Source: Deltaproteobacteria bacterium TL4 (lineage in GTDB: Bacteria; SAR324; NAC60-12). From it: 64,000 nucleotides of DNA. Below the pieces are notes generated by a model, which was given only the letters and a program-made list of their open reading frames with translations, made no database searches and had not been told where the DNA came from. Positions within the stretch are counted from its first letter, which is position 1, and every line of letters starts with the position of its first letter. This document shows positions 62,592 to 64,000 of the stretch, one piece after another. The DNA lies in assembly GCA_051382335.1 (NCBI GenBank), contig JBBCAX010000084.1:34899-98898 (forward strand), given 5' to 3'. The position numbers and the translations under genes are program-made.

Positions 62592-62650
62592 CAGAATCTT
62601 ACAAAGGATTTAAAAAAACTGGGTAAGCCCCCTTCGTTTGTAAGAATCTG
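62592..62650. repeat. 14-bp inverted repeat pair between the divergent copZ-like and arsM-like genes
   Basis: CAGAATCTTACAAA / TTTGTAAGAATCTG (1 mismatch). Confidence 0.6.
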
Positions 62651-62833
62651 GTATTTGCTCCGACTGATGGTTACTTTCTAAAAGAATCCGCTCAAGAAAA
62701 TTTCCTCAGCATGAGGCCGTGCCTATTCTATAACAGACTATTCTTTTTTCTGGACATCTATATCAGGATCTATATGATTCATGGACAGAATGAGGCTTAC
62801 TTCAAAAAAATCATCTTAAAAGAGGAGGTCCCC

Positions 62834-63784
62834 ATGACAACATTCACGTTATCTTCAAAAACCCTTCAGCCCGACCCGTTATCCCTCTCCCCAGAGCAAG
62901 CGGTACTCCAACGTTATGCTCAGGCTTCTCAACAGAAAGAAACGGCACTGTGTTGTCCTGTCAGCTATAACCCCCGTTATCTTCAGGCGATTCCTCAGGA
63001 AATCCTGGAAAAAGATTATGGCTGTGGAGACCCCTCCCAATTTCTGAAAGAAGGAGAAACGGTGCTGGATTTGGGAAGTGGCGCAGGTAAAATCTGTTAC
63101 ATTGCCTCCCAGATTGTGGGAAAAAGCGGACGAGTCATTGGGGTGGATTTTAATCCTCCCATGCTGGCTTTGGCCAGGAAATATCAACAAGAAGTCGCAG
63201 AACGTCTTGGCTGGAATAATGTAACTTTTCTGCGGGCTAAAATTCAGGATCTGGCTACGGATCTGGACACCTTGGAACAACAACTGTCACAGCATCCGAT
63301 TTATTCTTTGGAGGACTACTACCGTTTTGAGGAGCAACGTCAGATCACAGCCCGACAAGCGCCCTTGATTGAGGATGAAAGTATTGATGTGATTGTCTCC
63401 AATTGTGTGCTCAATCTGGTTCAACAGAAAGAAAAACGTCAATTATTTCAGGAAATGATGCGAGTCCTCAAATTGGGAGGACGAGTTGCGATTTCAGATA
63501 TTGTTTCCGATGAGGCGATTCCTCAGGAGTTACAAAATAATCCTGAATTGTGGTCTGGGTGTATTTCAGGAGCCTTCCAGGAACAGAAATTTTTGAAAGC
63601 TTTTGAGGAAGCAGGATTTTATGGCATCCACATCCAGAAACGGGATGCGGAACCCTGGCGAGTGATTGAGGGCATTGAATTTCGTTCCGTGACTCTTGTG
63701 GCTTACAAGGGCAAACAGGGGGCGTGTTGGGAACGCAATCAGGCGGTCATTTACAAAGGTCCCTGGAGCACGGCTTTCTCATAA
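62834..63784 (+). pseudogene. ArsM-like SAM methyltransferase, 3' end cut by an IS
   Basis: LCCPVSY, DYGCGDP, VLDLGSGAG, VSNCVLNL and LWSGCISGA. The last codons (TAFS-stop) are read from the IS end starting at 63769. Confidence 0.75.
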
Positions 63785-64000
63785 AAAACCAACTTGACAA
63801 AGTATATTCATAAAAAAGGGTTCGGAGTCCCTGCAATTATCAAGATTCTCTTTCATATTTTTCCCACCAAACTTTTTAAAAACACCAAGAACACAAGTTC
63901 TCAAGAGACCTAAAATTTGAGCCTGATTCGTGTATTTGGATTTTACTTTGTCTTCTGAGAAAGTGACGTCCCGAATCCAATGCCAAGACTCAATCCCCCA
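63769..64000 (-). mobile_element. ISAs1-family insertion sequence: right end and transposase C-terminus (63779 to window end)
   Basis: Hand translation WGIESWHWIRDVTFSEDK...NQAQILGLLR...QVGFL-stop; terminal sequence CACGGCTTTCTCATAA. Confidence 0.8.

Overview
This is a gene-dense bacterial chromosomal window. The gene repertoire looks deltaproteobacterial or SAR324-like, which is an inference only. From 0 to 55 kb it is mostly housekeeping: ugd, gpmI, two cyclophilin-parvulin PPIases, an Mcd-like acyl-CoA dehydrogenase, Mrp, partner-switching proteins, a PhaC-like synthase, a MacAB-type exporter, mdh-sucCD, priA, guaB, tsaC, lepA, tyrS, cysH, an iscR-iscS-iscU-hscB-hscA cluster, lnt and an MMPL transporter, plus two small toxin-antitoxin modules. 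From 55.5 to 64 kb is a decaying accessory region. It holds an IS982/trkH chimera, a TVP38-disulfide-reductase fusion with an internal deletion, a radical-SAM tail, a frameshifted CopZ-like gene and an ArsM-like methyltransferase cut by an ISAs1 element. These surround an intact three-gene unit: a secreted cupredoxin-like protein, a SirB2-like membrane protein and a CheW-less membrane-bound CheA-like kinase. The most notable observations are (1) several MITE-like shells with terminal inverted repeats enclosing different REP-like cargoes, one shell occurring twice with different cargo; (2) the intact three-gene signalling unit; (3) a 3 x 66 aa repeat inserted inside a parvulin domain; and (4) DUF2322-DapD and racemase-cupin fusions. 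I saw no rRNA, tRNA or CRISPR array. All family calls come from motif recognition by eye, not from database searches.
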